Source of the DNA: Eledone cirrhosa
Taxonomy: Eukaryota
Reading direction: 5' to 3'
Length of the DNA: 64,000 bases
NCBI GenBank assembly: GCA_964016885.1
Contig: OZ024742.1
Coordinates: 230,888,001-230,952,000, forward strand
Part shown: positions 28,841 to 41,148 of the stretch, in pieces
Position numbering within the stretch: position 1 is the stretch's first letter
Layout of the letters: each line of letters opens with the position of its first letter
Notes under the pieces: generated by a model
Database searches by the model: none
Seen by the model: the letters and a program-made list of their open reading frames with translations, nothing else
Told to the model about the DNA's origin: nothing
Made by a program: the position numbers and the translations under genes

Positions 28841-28842
<2 letters not shown>
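28303..28842. mobile_element. nested double palindrome of hammerhead-bearing family B in (TA)n
   Basis: 28303-28500 and 28645-28842 are inverted relative to each other, and each is itself a palindrome of two hammerhead cores. Further family members at 45200-45350 and ~41430-41520. Confidence 0.88.
28390..28440 (-). ncRNA. type I hammerhead ribozyme motif (family B)
   Basis: GGATTC-CTGATGA-TTTC TAAA GAAT-GAAA-CAG TTCTAATC CTG-TA-GAATCT. All three helices form; cleavage triplet GUA. Confidence 0.8.
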
Positions 28843-28932
<90 letters not shown>

Positions 28933-29255
28933 TATATATATATTTATGAATATAATATAAACACAGGATATGTGTGTAGGTATTTTGTAACACTAACTCT
29001 AAGCTGTTCAAATAGATTGTCCACCTAAATACCATCCCTTTCTGTCTACTCAAAACAATCGAACGAAACACTTCTGCTTTAATTCCAAACTATTTCCTCC
29101 TTATAATCACAGATAACTCGTGTATTCACCAGACACTTCACACCAGCTTCAATGAGCAACAGTTTTCATAAGTAGCAGACGATGTTTTCTTTAGAACATA
29201 ATAGAGACAGGGGGAGGGAGTACGTATGTATATAGATATGTGTGTGTGCATATAC

Positions 29256-29311
<56 letters not shown>

Positions 29312-29379
29312 GCATACATAGATATCCACATACATAGAGATACATAATGCATACAAATGAATAAATATATACACATAAA

Positions 29380-29451
<72 letters not shown>

Positions 29452-29530
29452 TATATATATATATGCATTTATGTGTATATATTTATGCATTTGTATGCAT
29501 TGTGTATCTCTATGTATGTGGATGTTTATG

Positions 29531-29603
<73 letters not shown>

Positions 29604-30041
29604 GCACGCACATACATATATTTGTGTGTAAAATAGATCAGTCTTTTATTACCTGGAACAAAAGTGACGTACAAACTATGATATCTCTGTTTACACAGCT
29701 TTAGATATCACATTCTGTTATATTGTTATATTGTTGTTATTATCATTAGTATTAACATTATCATTTTTATTATTACCAACTTCATACTTATTATTGTCTT
29801 TGATTTTGATGTTCTTGTTAGGTATGCTGTCCGTTTGCAGTGTTAGTGAAATAAGTATTTCTCTCGATATCCCCAAGCCAACAAACATACATGTACGCGT
29901 ATATATATATATATATACAAATATGTGTGAGTATGTGTATGTATGTGTGTGTGCATAAATATACGTCCATATTAGATCTATAACCCAACATAAATGTATA
30001 TGTTTATATATATATGTATATATATATATAGAGAGAGAGAG

Positions 30042-30096
<55 letters not shown>

Positions 30097-30103
<7 letters not shown>

Positions 30104-30821
30104 ATGAAAGGTATAGAAAACATTATAGCAAAAAGCCAACAGCACTCCATAATATATAAGTGACTATAGCGTCAAAATGGGAAAAATAGTTAACGTAAGA
30201 TGTGGGGAAAATAATTCAAACTCATCTCAAAGAGAATCAGGATATAGATTCATCCACAGAATTTAGTGAAATCCAGGGAAAAATCAATAGAGCCTTAACT
30301 CATGATAAAATAAAGTCTAAAATACTCATCCTTCAATTTGGAAAAACTTCAAATGCTCTTAAAGACTATTTCACGAAAACTTTCAGTGGAGATGGTCACG
30401 GTTGGAATTCGATCCTCAGCAGAGCTCAACTCGATAACCAAAATTCTCACAGATTAATATGCCAAAAAGGGAATTTAAAACAGGCTAGTTCACCATCATG
30501 CGTGATTATGAAAAATAAAACGCACATGAGGAAAGACAGGGCTGGTGACGTCAGAATGAGACGAATGTTTGTTTACAAGAAACAACAGTCAAAAGACATT
30601 CCGAAAAAAACTCTACAATAAGGAGTTCAGCAAAAAGCAATATTATCGCGGTTTTTTATGAAAAAAATACCGGGATTAGTCACAAATAATTTAAGCACTC
30701 TAGGAAAGAAATCCGAGTATAAATATATAAATGAAAGGTATAGAAAACATTGTAGCAAAAAGCCAACAGTATTCCATAATATATAAGTGACTATAGCGTC
30801 AAAATAGTTAACGTAAGATGT
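30097..30821 (-). mobile_element. (TA)n-flanked element with ~100 bp terminal direct repeats (PLE-like partial tandem)
   Basis: 30097-30202 is repeated at 30725-30821. A possible degenerate hammerhead lies on the minus strand at ~30355-30426 (GCTCTG-CTGAGGA-TCGAA...TTCGT-GAAA...TA-AGAGC). Confidence 0.6.
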
Positions 30822-30881
30822 ATATGTATATATATGTATGTATGTACGTATATACGAATATATATATATATATATATGTGT

Positions 30882-30967
<86 letters not shown>

Positions 30968-30989
30968 GGTTGTTTGTAAGAGTGCGTGA

Positions 30990-31305
30990 TTTTGTGGTTA
31001 GGGTACTCGGCTCACAATCGTAAGGTCGTCAATCATTCGATTCCCGATGGCACATTGTATCATTAAGCAAGACACTTTATTTCACGTTGCTCCAGTCCAC
31101 TCAGCTGGTAAACATGAGTTGTAACTGTAATTCGAAGTACTATCTTTGTCACATTATGCGTCACACTGAATCTCCCAGAGAACTACGTTAAGGATACGTG
31201 TGTCAGCAGAATGATCAGCCACTTGCACGTTAATTTCATGAGTAGGTTGTTCCGTTGATCAGATCAACTGGAGCACTCGTCGTTGTAACCTATGGTGTGC
31301 CAGTT
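30990..31305 (+). mobile_element. tRNA-derived SINE, family 3
   Basis: tRNA-like head TGGTTAGGGTACTCGGCTCACAATCGTAAGGTCG...TTCGATTCCCG and core GCAAGACACTTTATTTCACGTTGCTCCAGTCCACTCAGCTG. Related fragments at ~13220-13360, 25745-25905, 56860-57010 and 1605-1740 (-). Confidence 0.75.
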
Positions 31306-31326
31306 ATATATATATATATATATATA

Positions 31327-32161
31327 CGGGGTAACAGATTATTGTTATAGGTAGTCCACTTAAGTGTAGTTCAGTTATGGTACTCCGAGTAGTGGATGAT
31401 ATCAACGCTTGGCTAAGTTTGACTCAACAAGGCGTTTCCATAGTGATGCTGCGAGTACGCGGTAATTTATATGTTGTTAACACTTGGAGTAAGGATAAAT
31501 CAGGAAAGAAGTGTGATACGGTTTGCTATACAAAAAAGGCTTTTAATCTCATTGCTGACAATTGTTTCTCTGAACTTGTAGGTCTAGAGATCGCTACCCG
31601 CTTGTTTTCACGTCATTCGATCACCAATACATAGTTGTAACCAGTCAATTCATCGGAGCTTGTGAGAATCAAAGGAATATACAAGCATGGCTACTATATA
31701 TAGTAGTAATGGCATTCAATCAGAACAATAACAACAATACTAACAATGCTAGCAATAAATTATTTGAAATAATCACAACATCAATCTAGGTGAGAAATAT
31801 AGTATATCTACGATTTTAGCGTGTAAAACTAGCTGACATGAGGTAAATGTATAAAATTGACATGTAAAAGCTGTCATGGGGTGTATTATATATAGTGTAA
31901 AGATAAGCCGGTGGCTTTAAACAATGAACCATTTCCTTTACTGTAGGTCTGGTGACCGTAAGAATCATTTATTATCTGACAGATGAAAATTTTATCGCTG
32001 TAGTGAGGATAGTAATATTTGTGGTATTAGGTTCTATATTTATGTGGCTTATATTAGATGATGGGGTTATTTAGCTTTCACATCATCAATAACATACATG
32101 TATAAGATAACATTAATAGAGTAGCAGTATAATAGGCAAGTTAATACAGAAGTTAAGGGGG

Positions 32162-32192
<31 letters not shown>

Positions 32193-33384
32193 GAGAAAAC
32201 ATGCTGACTACAATTATAACAGGAGGAAGGTAATGTTCTGGTGTAGTAGTATTTTGAAATGTTCTTGGGTTTAAGTTCATTTGTTGAGTGTCAAGGGTGA
32301 AGAAGTTGTGTTGACAGCAGCTGAGAAGGGATATATTTATGGGTTGATAAGGTACTTACAGACATTAGTGTGATATAGAATTAAGAAGGCTAGAATGTAC
32401 TTAATGATTATATTTCTGTGGTGGTTCGTGCAGAAGTTGAAAGTTGAAAGCTAAGTTACGTCGGTTCGATTCACGGAGGCTTAAATCTTGTGAATTTAGT
32501 GGCGATCCTGTGTCTGCAGAAGATTGATCTTTCTAACTTTTGTTAAGTAGCCTTTTTACATTCCTAAGGATATACAATAGTTCTAGATCACAGAGCCTAC
32601 AGTGGGACATACCGGTACTGTAAGTCTTTGCAGCCAACAACCTCGACCAGTTGGTATTGTAGTTGGTGTTATTGTCCTTAAGTTCCCAGATTTTTTTGGC
32701 GAGGGTTGTAGAAGCCATAAGTGCACGGTTTTTCATCGAGTGTCTGTGCACATCCCATCTTTTTTTAAAAGTACCCGCGGTGGATCCAATGTAATGCCAA
32801 GTGGAGTTGTCTGAGTTGACCGTACACATGTACACTAATATAGACCACATAAATATTGAACCTAACACCACAAATATTACTATCCTCACTACAATGTTTC
32901 ATCTGTCAGATAATAAATGATTCTTACGGTCACCAGACCTACAGTAAAGGAAATGGTTCATTGTTTAAAGCCACCGGCTTATCTTTACACTATATATAAT
33001 ACACCCCATGACAGCTTTTACATGTCAATTTTATACATCATGTCAGCTAGTTTTACACGCTAAAATCGTAGATATACTATATTTCTCACCTAGATTGATG
33101 TTGTGATTATTTCAAATAATTTATTGCTAGCATTGTTAGTATTGTTGTTATTGTTCTGATCGAATGCCATTACTACTATATATAGTAGCCATGCCTGTAT
33201 ATTCCTTTCATTCTCACAAGCTCCGATGAATTGACTGGTTACAACTATGTATTGGTGATCGAATGACGTGAAAACAAGCGGGTAGCGATCTCTAGACCTA
33301 CCAGTTCAGACAAACAATTGTCAGCAATGAGATTAAAAGCCTTTTTTGTATAGCAAACCGTGTCACTCTTCTTTCCTGATTTAT
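31327..33384 (-). mobile_element. 5'-truncated Penelope-like retroelement with inverted 3' repeat (pLTR), in (TA)n
   Basis: A GIY-YIG coding remnant lies between ~550 bp inverted repeats (31495-32057 and 32835-33384). TA arrays at both ends. Confidence 0.88.
32500..32836 (-). pseudogene. Penelope-like GIY-YIG endonuclease C-terminal domain (truncated, terminal frameshift)
   Basis: LVY..HYIGST..TFKKRW..H..S....STTLAKKIWELK..N....W......Y......CRLC..E..YIL....LLNKS, with CRHR in a shifted frame after the stop. The N-terminal residues of ORF 32533..32889 come from the inverted repeat. Confidence 0.88.
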
Positions 33385-33918
33385 ATATATATATATGTTT
33401 GTGTGTGTGGGGCGGTGAGTGTGCGTGTATGGGTGTCTGTTTGCACACACCTTTCCTGCAGACACCAAACAATACTTCACTTACTTATTAGTACTTATAC
33501 GGCAAGAGCAGTAAAAGTGATATTGATCATGACCTAATACTACCGATAATAATAATAAACCTCATCAATAGTATCATCATCCTCATAATGTTAATAATAA
33601 CCATCATCGCCATTTTCATAATAATAGAAATAGTAATAATAATAATAATAACAACATGCATGGGATAACTGAAGGTATTCAGCAAAGATCAATTCAAAAG
33701 GAAAACAGTTTGGTATCAGATTACAACGGATTTAGATCGAAATAAAATACGACTTTAAGAAATTATACAAGTAAATATAGTTCAAGTCTCCATATATGGG
33801 AGATTATTTCTGACTTTGGGGGATAAAATTAAATATTTGGACTTGATTGAGTTGAATATTAAAATATTCAATTTGCTATTCTACGAGAAATTATTACATA
33901 ATACTTCGTCTAGTTCTG

Positions 33919-33968
<50 letters not shown>

Positions 33969-33982
33969 TGATGATGATGATG

Positions 33983-34015
<33 letters not shown>

Positions 34016-34120
34016 TATAAGTATTAATAAAATAAAAATAGATGTTCTTTTGATTCAATCAAGGTAGTACTGCCTTGATTAAATCTTAACCATTTAATAT
34101 CTCAGGGTATGTCATGTATC

Positions 34121-34183
34121 ATTATATTTTGTCTGATGAGGACGTACTGTTGTACATCCGAAATATGTATAATAAAATGTAAT
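34121..34183 (+). ncRNA. type I minimal hammerhead ribozyme motif
   Basis: ATTATATTTTGT-CTGATGA-GGACGTAC TGTT GTACATCC-GAAA-T ATGT A-TA-ATAAAATGTAAT. 12-bp helix I (2 G-U) and 7/8-bp helix II, inside the TA-flanked fold-back 34008-34325. Confidence 0.85.
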
Positions 34184-34344
34184 TGATCAAAAGAACATCT
34201 ATTTTATTAATACTTATATTTTAATATTAATAACTCCAGAAAATTATTTTTTTGTTGAGTTTCTTCCAATCTACTGTAAAAGTCATTCTTTGACATAATC
34301 ATTGAATATTGTTTAACAATTTAATATATATATATATATATTGA

Positions 34345-34377
<33 letters not shown>

Positions 34378-34380
<3 letters not shown>

Positions 34381-34582
34381 CGAAGGAAATGTGGTAAGGA
34401 ACCAGATGGACCATAACGCACCAAAGTACTCAATACTTAGAGTAGTAGAGTGGGTAATAGGAACGAGTAGGACCCCCGACGGCTGAGCTCAAGCCGTTTC
34501 GACGGCTAATTCTTGACTGAATTAGTCCAGAATTAGCCGTCGAAACGGCTTGAGCTCAGCCGTTGGGGTCCTACTCGTTCCC
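34378..34582 (-). mobile_element. family A fold-back element
   Basis: Same sequence as 15797 and 55697; palindrome centre ~34521. Confidence 0.88.
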
Positions 34583-34825
34583 ATATATATATATATATAT
34601 ATGATCCCTTTTGACTTCAATATATATATATATATTGTCCCCTACCCCTTTCTCTCAACTCCTCTTTCCTTTTATTTCCTTTTTGTACTTTTCCCTGCTT
34701 CCCAGCCATGTTTCTCTTTTTTCTCCTTTCCTATCTGTAAATATTTAACCTTAAATAGGAAATTTCGAACCAATAAAATTATTTTCTTCATTAAAAAATT
34801 CATTTCTGTTGGTTAAAAATGACGC

Positions 34826-34856
<31 letters not shown>

Positions 34857-34956
34857 TGTATGTAAATATATGGATTGACTTATCGATTTAAATTATCCGC
34901 AGGGCTTATAAAGTATACATTTATCGATAAATACTTCATAAACAATCCCATGAATA

Positions 34957-35135
<179 letters not shown>

Positions 35136-35136
35136 G

Positions 35137-35168
<32 letters not shown>

Positions 35169-35314
35169 TTTTGAGTTTATGTTGGTTGTATACCAACACC
35201 TCAGTATGCAGGCTGGAGCACTCGACGAAGTGCGCAGGTTGGTTTGGTTACTCCGGAGTAGTGTAAAATAAAGTTAAATAAAAGTCAAATGATTAAAATT
35301 TAGCTTCGTTTATT

Positions 35315-35369
35315 ACTGCTATATATATTTCAGTGACAGCCATCTTTGGCTGTGACCTCTTCAGGCAGT
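35315..35369 (-). ncRNA. type I minimal hammerhead motif (family C)
   Basis: Exact reverse complement of 35910-35964. Confidence 0.8.
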
Positions 35370-35909
35370 TTGAATTAGTATGGTATAGACAAGTACATAT
35401 GTTGTTTAGGTGTATGATATTGTCAATACTCTGATATGCCCAGTTCATAACAATACTTCTAAATTGTTAGCAGCAGCAAGATATAAGCTGACCACTACAA
35501 CAACAACAGTACCAAAATAATGGTGGAGGTCAAATGTACTGAACAATAGCAGGCATAAACACTACAGGGAGCCTCACCCCAGAAAGAATTCTATAGACTT
35601 CTGACTGAGGAATGCTCTCAGAACTGAACAATGGGAAGTTTGACACATTTTTTGATATTTTGTTCCTTCAACACCTTGTCCCTTCTACCATTTTATCAAT
35701 TTTTTAAGCTAACTCCAACAATGACAACACTAATAACTGACCAATGAGAGGAGAAGGGGACCTGTGACACTAAAATTCGTTTGTTTGAATTCATATGACT
35801 CCAGTTCCCCAGTGAATTAACAACCCAACAAGGAACTGGGCATATCAGAGTATTGACAATATCATACACCTAAACAACATATGTACTTGTCTATACCATA
35901 CTAATTCAA

Positions 35910-35964
35910 ACTGCCTGAAGAGGTCACAGCCAAAGATGGCTGTCACTGAAATATATATAGCAGT
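35910..35964 (+). ncRNA. type I minimal hammerhead motif (family C)
   Basis: ACTGC-CTGAAGA-GGTCACAGCCA AAGA TGGCTGTCACT-GAAA-T ATAT A-TA-GCAGT. Confidence 0.8.
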
Positions 35965-36008
35965 AATAAACGAAGCTAAATTTTAATCATTTGACTTTTA
36001 TTTAACTT

Positions 36009-36116
<108 letters not shown>

Positions 36117-36798
36117 ATATCTGTGTGTTTGTTTGTGTGTGTGCGTTTGTGTGTGTGTGTGTATCACACATGCTTATATATATATATATGTGTGTCACAC
36201 ATGCTATATATATATATATATATGTGTGTCACACATGCTATATATATATATATTGGATAGACGAGTTAATATAGACCTATATTGTCTATGTGCTACAATA
36301 ATTCTTTGTCCACATTATAGATTTTAATAGCAATTTGCCTATATTTTATTGTTGTTGTTATAATATCATCATCATTATTAAACAAAAAATAAAAACAAAA
36401 TAAAAATAAAAACATATCATCATCATTGTTATTTCATGCAAAATTATTTCCTTACAGATTATGAACAAACACACACTTTGAAATCAATATTTTTTTAATG
36501 CTGAGATTCGTTTTGGAGATTTGAGAAAGCAACTTTTTTCTGCATTAGTGAACTTTAAATAGTTCTTGTTAAACAACACACATTAATGTACTACTCAGAT
36601 TATATGGGACAATGATACTACTGTAGTTTTCATCATATATAGTAGAATGTATTTATTCCACATGTGAAGGCCGCGAGACTTTGAGGTTAAGTTGTTCTGC
36701 TCACGATCGTAATGTCATGAGTTCGAATCCTGATGGCCCGTCGTCTCCATATATTTATGATATTGATGCTATAGTTAAATGTAGTAGATGGAGTGTAT

Positions 36799-36911
36799 CA
36801 GTTGGAAATGGCTAATTCAGACAGAACCCGATGGAAGAAGTGTTTTGGGGACTCTATCCCCATGACCCTCTCGGGAATAAGTGAGCGAAGAAGAAGAAGA
36901 AGGAGAAGGAG
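36799..36911 (+). mobile_element. RTE-like LINE 3' terminal fragment
   Basis: Translates as MANSDRTRWKKCFGDSIP, resembling the RTE C-terminal A.DR..W motif, followed by a (GAA)n tail. Confidence 0.5.
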
Positions 36912-37001
36912 AATTATATAATAAAGGCATATATGTGTACACACACACATTATATAATAAAGGCATACATATATACACACACGCATACATACACACACAT
37001 G

Positions 37002-37061
<60 letters not shown>

Positions 37062-37066
<5 letters not shown>

Positions 37067-37252
37067 GTATCGGTAGAGAGTCGGACACCATGCTTTGAAG
37101 CATAGAGTTACGTCCCTTTATGATCTGAGTTCAAATGCCGCCGAGGTTAACTTTGCCTTTCATCCTTACGGGGTCGATAAAATAAAGTACCAGTAATGTA
37201 CTGGGTAATTGCTGGCCTTGTGCCTAAAATAGAAACAATTATTATTATTATT
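37062..37252 (+). mobile_element. family-1 SINE
   Basis: A and B boxes, family core, (ATT)n tail. Confidence 0.88.
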
Positions 37253-37280
37253 ATTTACATAATGAACATCACAGTATAAT

Positions 37281-37354
37281 TATTCCATTACCAGAGGTTT
37301 CAAGAAACTAGACAATCCTTACATAAACGTCCGGCCCGTTCATCAGATGAAGTA
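37281..37354 (-). ncRNA. type I hammerhead motif with long helix II, in palindrome ~37253-37452
   Basis: TACTTCAT-CTGATGA-(long imperfect helix II)-GAAA-CC TCT GG-TA-ATGGAATA. A partially deleted mirror copy lies at 37361-37423 (+). Confidence 0.65.
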
Positions 37355-37516
37355 GTTATCTATTTTATCTGATGAACGTTTCTGTAAGGATTGACAGGTC
37401 TCTTGAAACCATTGTTAATGGATTAATTAAACCGTGTTGTTTATTATGTAATTAAATAGCTCTGTACTATATATAGAGCACTCTTCTTTCTTTTACTTTT
37501 TCTACGGAAATATTTA

Positions 37517-37561
<45 letters not shown>

Positions 37562-37721
37562 ATTCAGTAGATGAAAGTTGGTTGATCAAATAATCTATGA
37601 ACTGTTTCGTTAACAGGCGTAAAGCACTCAACGATTTGTATTCCTTAGGATTTTCTCTGTAATATATTAACCAGAATTTTAATCTAATAAATAAGGTTTT
37701 ATCTCGGTTTTATTCATACAT

Positions 37722-37936
37722 CTTCATTTAATTACATAATTCCATTATATGTATTTCAAAGATGTCATATGGGTACTGGTCAGCGATGTAAAAACCACGA
37801 GAAACCAGTAATATATCAATGGATAGCAAAATACATTTTACACTATCTGATAAAAACATGCTATAACCACTCTAAAATCTTTGAAATAGGTATAATGGAA
37901 TCATGTAATTAAATGAAGATGTACGAATAAAACCGA
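37722..37936. repeat. degenerate fold-back with decayed hammerhead cores
   Basis: Arms ~37722-37762 and ~37875-37936. Plus strand CTGATAA...GAAATAGGTATA-ATGG resembles the GAAATATGTATA core. Confidence 0.55.
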
Positions 37937-38279
37937 AAGAGAGAGAGAGAGAGAGGGGGGAGAGAGAGAGGGGCGGAGAGAGCGAGTAAATGAGCGATAA
38001 CTTTATTTAAAAGCCGCTACAGTGCGGTAGAAAATACGAAGACCAAATGATGGTAAATATAACGAAATAAAACAAAGTAAAGTAATGTCTATTATGGCAT
38101 GATATTTCAAGCCTGACACCAACATTTCAGATACTCGGCTGAAACAGTGTCCTAGATAAAACAGACTAACGATTTTGTCTTAATATTTACTTCTGCGTCT
38201 ACAGATTGATTTTTGTTAATATCAGATGACCCCGCTTTGGGTGAAAGCATAAATTTCTCGCTTAAACTTTTAATCTGTA

Positions 38280-38374
<95 letters not shown>

Positions 38375-38664
38375 TGTGTGTATAATGAGAAAGATAACAG
38401 AGGTTCTTGTTGCCAAATTGGTGCTTAAACTTTTTCTATTTCTTTATAATTTAACTGCCTTCAGTGATTTGACGGCGGCCATGATTCATGGAAGTGAATC
38501 GATACTATTGATTGCATTGTTGTTTTTTTCTGGTAATTCGTATTGAACTAGATTTAAAGGGACGAAACTTATGTGGAAGCAAATACCCGACTCTATTTAT
38601 TCAGGGAACCGATTTCTCTACGCTGTCCCAAATTGTGTGTGGTTGTGTGTGTGTGTGTGTGTGG

Positions 38665-38774
<110 letters not shown>

Positions 38775-39450
38775 ATGTGTGTGTGCGTGTGTATGTGTGT
38801 TTATTGGTGTGTTGGTGTATGTGTGAGTAGATATAGTTAAAACATTAAAACATAACAGAAATTTATTTTTACAAATCTTCGTTTTATTTATTCAGAGAAA
38901 ACAGTTGAATGTATTACATTACGTGGCGTTAAGTGTAAATAGTTTTACTGGTTTCGAATGTTTAAGACAGATGTTTCAAAAAATAATTTGCTTTAACAAA
39001 TTGTGTTCTTATTTTTGGAGAATATTTTAAGATGTAAAAGCTTTGATCTATTGATCTACTTGTTTTGCCAACTCGACAGTCCTTTTGTCACTGATTCTAC
39101 TAGTGTCCTCGCTTCCCAACGACATTTTTCAACCGAAGTCCTATGAGGTAGTGTGATTGATGTAGCCCGCTGTTTTCTGCAGCAAAGCATGTTTTCCTCT
39201 TTTTTTTCGATATTTATATATGTAAATATACTAACGAAAAAGAACATTTATTAGATGTCAGCTGGATTGCACAAACTATAGGGTGGTTCTTTATCGACAC
39301 TGAAAGGATAAAAGGCAAGCGACATTTGAACTTCAAGTGCAGAAATCTTAAGCAAAAACTTTTAATCAAAAAATCAAAATCTTAATTAAAAAAGTGCCGG
39401 AACAGATGTAACAATGGCATTTTATCCGAGATCATACCACAATGACCGCC

Positions 39451-39579
<129 letters not shown>

Positions 39580-39604
39580 TGCGTGCGTATGTGTGTGTGT
39601 ATGT

Positions 39605-39740
39605 GTAAAAGGTAAACAGAAATAACAACACAATCGGTAGAGTATATGGAAGGAATATATTAGTTTAACGCTTCAAATAGCAGGAAGAGGGTCTTAACGA
39701 TTCGGACACCAGTCCTTCATTAGGAGAAAGAAAGTGAAAT
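39605..39740 (-). mobile_element. (CA)n-associated short element with decayed hammerhead; second copy at 58318-58440
   Basis: Shared TGGAAGGAATATATTAGTTTAAC.CTT.AAA.AGCAGGAAGAG.GTCTTAA. Minus strand reads CTAATGA-AGGAC TGGT GTCC-GAAT-CG-TT-AAGA. Confidence 0.6.
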
Positions 39741-40307
39741 TAGAAAGATTGAACCGACAGGCGGGGCGGAATCGGAAAAAATGATTTTAGAGAAAAATAT
39801 CAGGTCCATTCATGTAGCCATCTCTTGGAAAACTGTTAATGCTGGCGTTTTGTGTGTGATATACTTCTTTAGCAAAGTGGATGAAGGAGCCCGTTTACCT
39901 GAAATGGAAAAAAAACGTTTTGTATATAAAGCTTATGTGTGTGTATGTTATTATACAACCGTGCGAGGTTAAGAGGATATATGTGTGTATATGTAAGTAA
40001 AAGAGTGTGTGTGTGCTTGTAAGTACGAAGCAGTGAGCAAAAGTATGTTAATATATAGGAGTGTATGAATACAGAGCTGTGAATGGAAAGTAGAGGTGTG
40101 TGTACGTATTTTGTTGGTCTGTATCAGCTGTAAGAGTATATATTTCTGACCATAAGAGAGCCATAGGAATTTAGGGGTGAATGTACAAGCGCGTGTGTGA
40201 TAACGGATGGGGTAAACGTGGCGGGGGGGGGGGTAGAGAAGTAAGCACGAACGCAAATGTGTAAAACATTTATATATATAGGTGTGCGAATGCATCTATA
40301 TATATTA

Positions 40308-40523
40308 TAAATAAGATATCAACTCAGTTGCATGCTATCTAATGTTTCAAAGCCTACTCTGACATAGGTCTTAGAAATGTATATCTGCTGGTATTGCTTG
40401 TCAGTCATCTTAGTGTTGCCTGAATGGTAAGCAACACTGGCAAGTATACATTTCTAAGACTTAGGCTAGAGTAAGCTTTGAAACCTTAAGTAACACGCAA
40501 CTGCGTCGAGATTATATTTATAA
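40308..40523. repeat. degenerate fold-back element
   Basis: TTTCAAAGCCTACTCT..GTCTTAGAAATGTATA is mirrored by TATACATTTCTAAGAC..AGAGTAAGCTTTGAAA. Confidence 0.7.
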
Positions 40524-40591
40524 AAATATATTTAGGTCTACACATACCACAGCCCGCTTTTTCCCTTTATCTATTCAACGAAGACTATTGA

Positions 40592-40667
<76 letters not shown>

Positions 40668-40669
40668 CT

Positions 40670-40742
<73 letters not shown>

Positions 40743-40804
40743 CTAAAATATATATATATATATATATATCGAGTAAGTATGTTTTGAAACAGTGAGCAGG
40801 TTTG

Positions 40805-41014
40805 AAATTAGAAAATAGAATAGCTTTCACCGTATTTTTGACTAAAGGAATTTTAACCTGATAATGGGGTTTAGAACCCTCAGATAAATGGAAAAAGATG
40901 AGTATTGACGTCAATACTCATCTTTTTCCATTTATCTGAGGGTTCTAAACCCCATTATCAGGTTAAAATTCCTTTAGTCAAAAATACGGTGAAAGCTATT
41001 CTATTTTCTAATTT
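40805..41014. repeat. perfect 210-bp spacerless palindrome between TA arrays
   Basis: Centre GAC|GTC at 40907-40912; 105-bp arms are identical by eye. Confidence 0.92.
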
Positions 41015-41038
41015 ATATATATAATAATATATATATAT

Positions 41039-41148
<110 letters not shown>

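Noticed and set aside
31377-33472. ORFs 31377..31634 (+) and 33245..33472 (-) with near-identical C-termini
   Set aside because: Both read antisense through the inverted repeat of the Penelope-like element; they are not duplicated genes.
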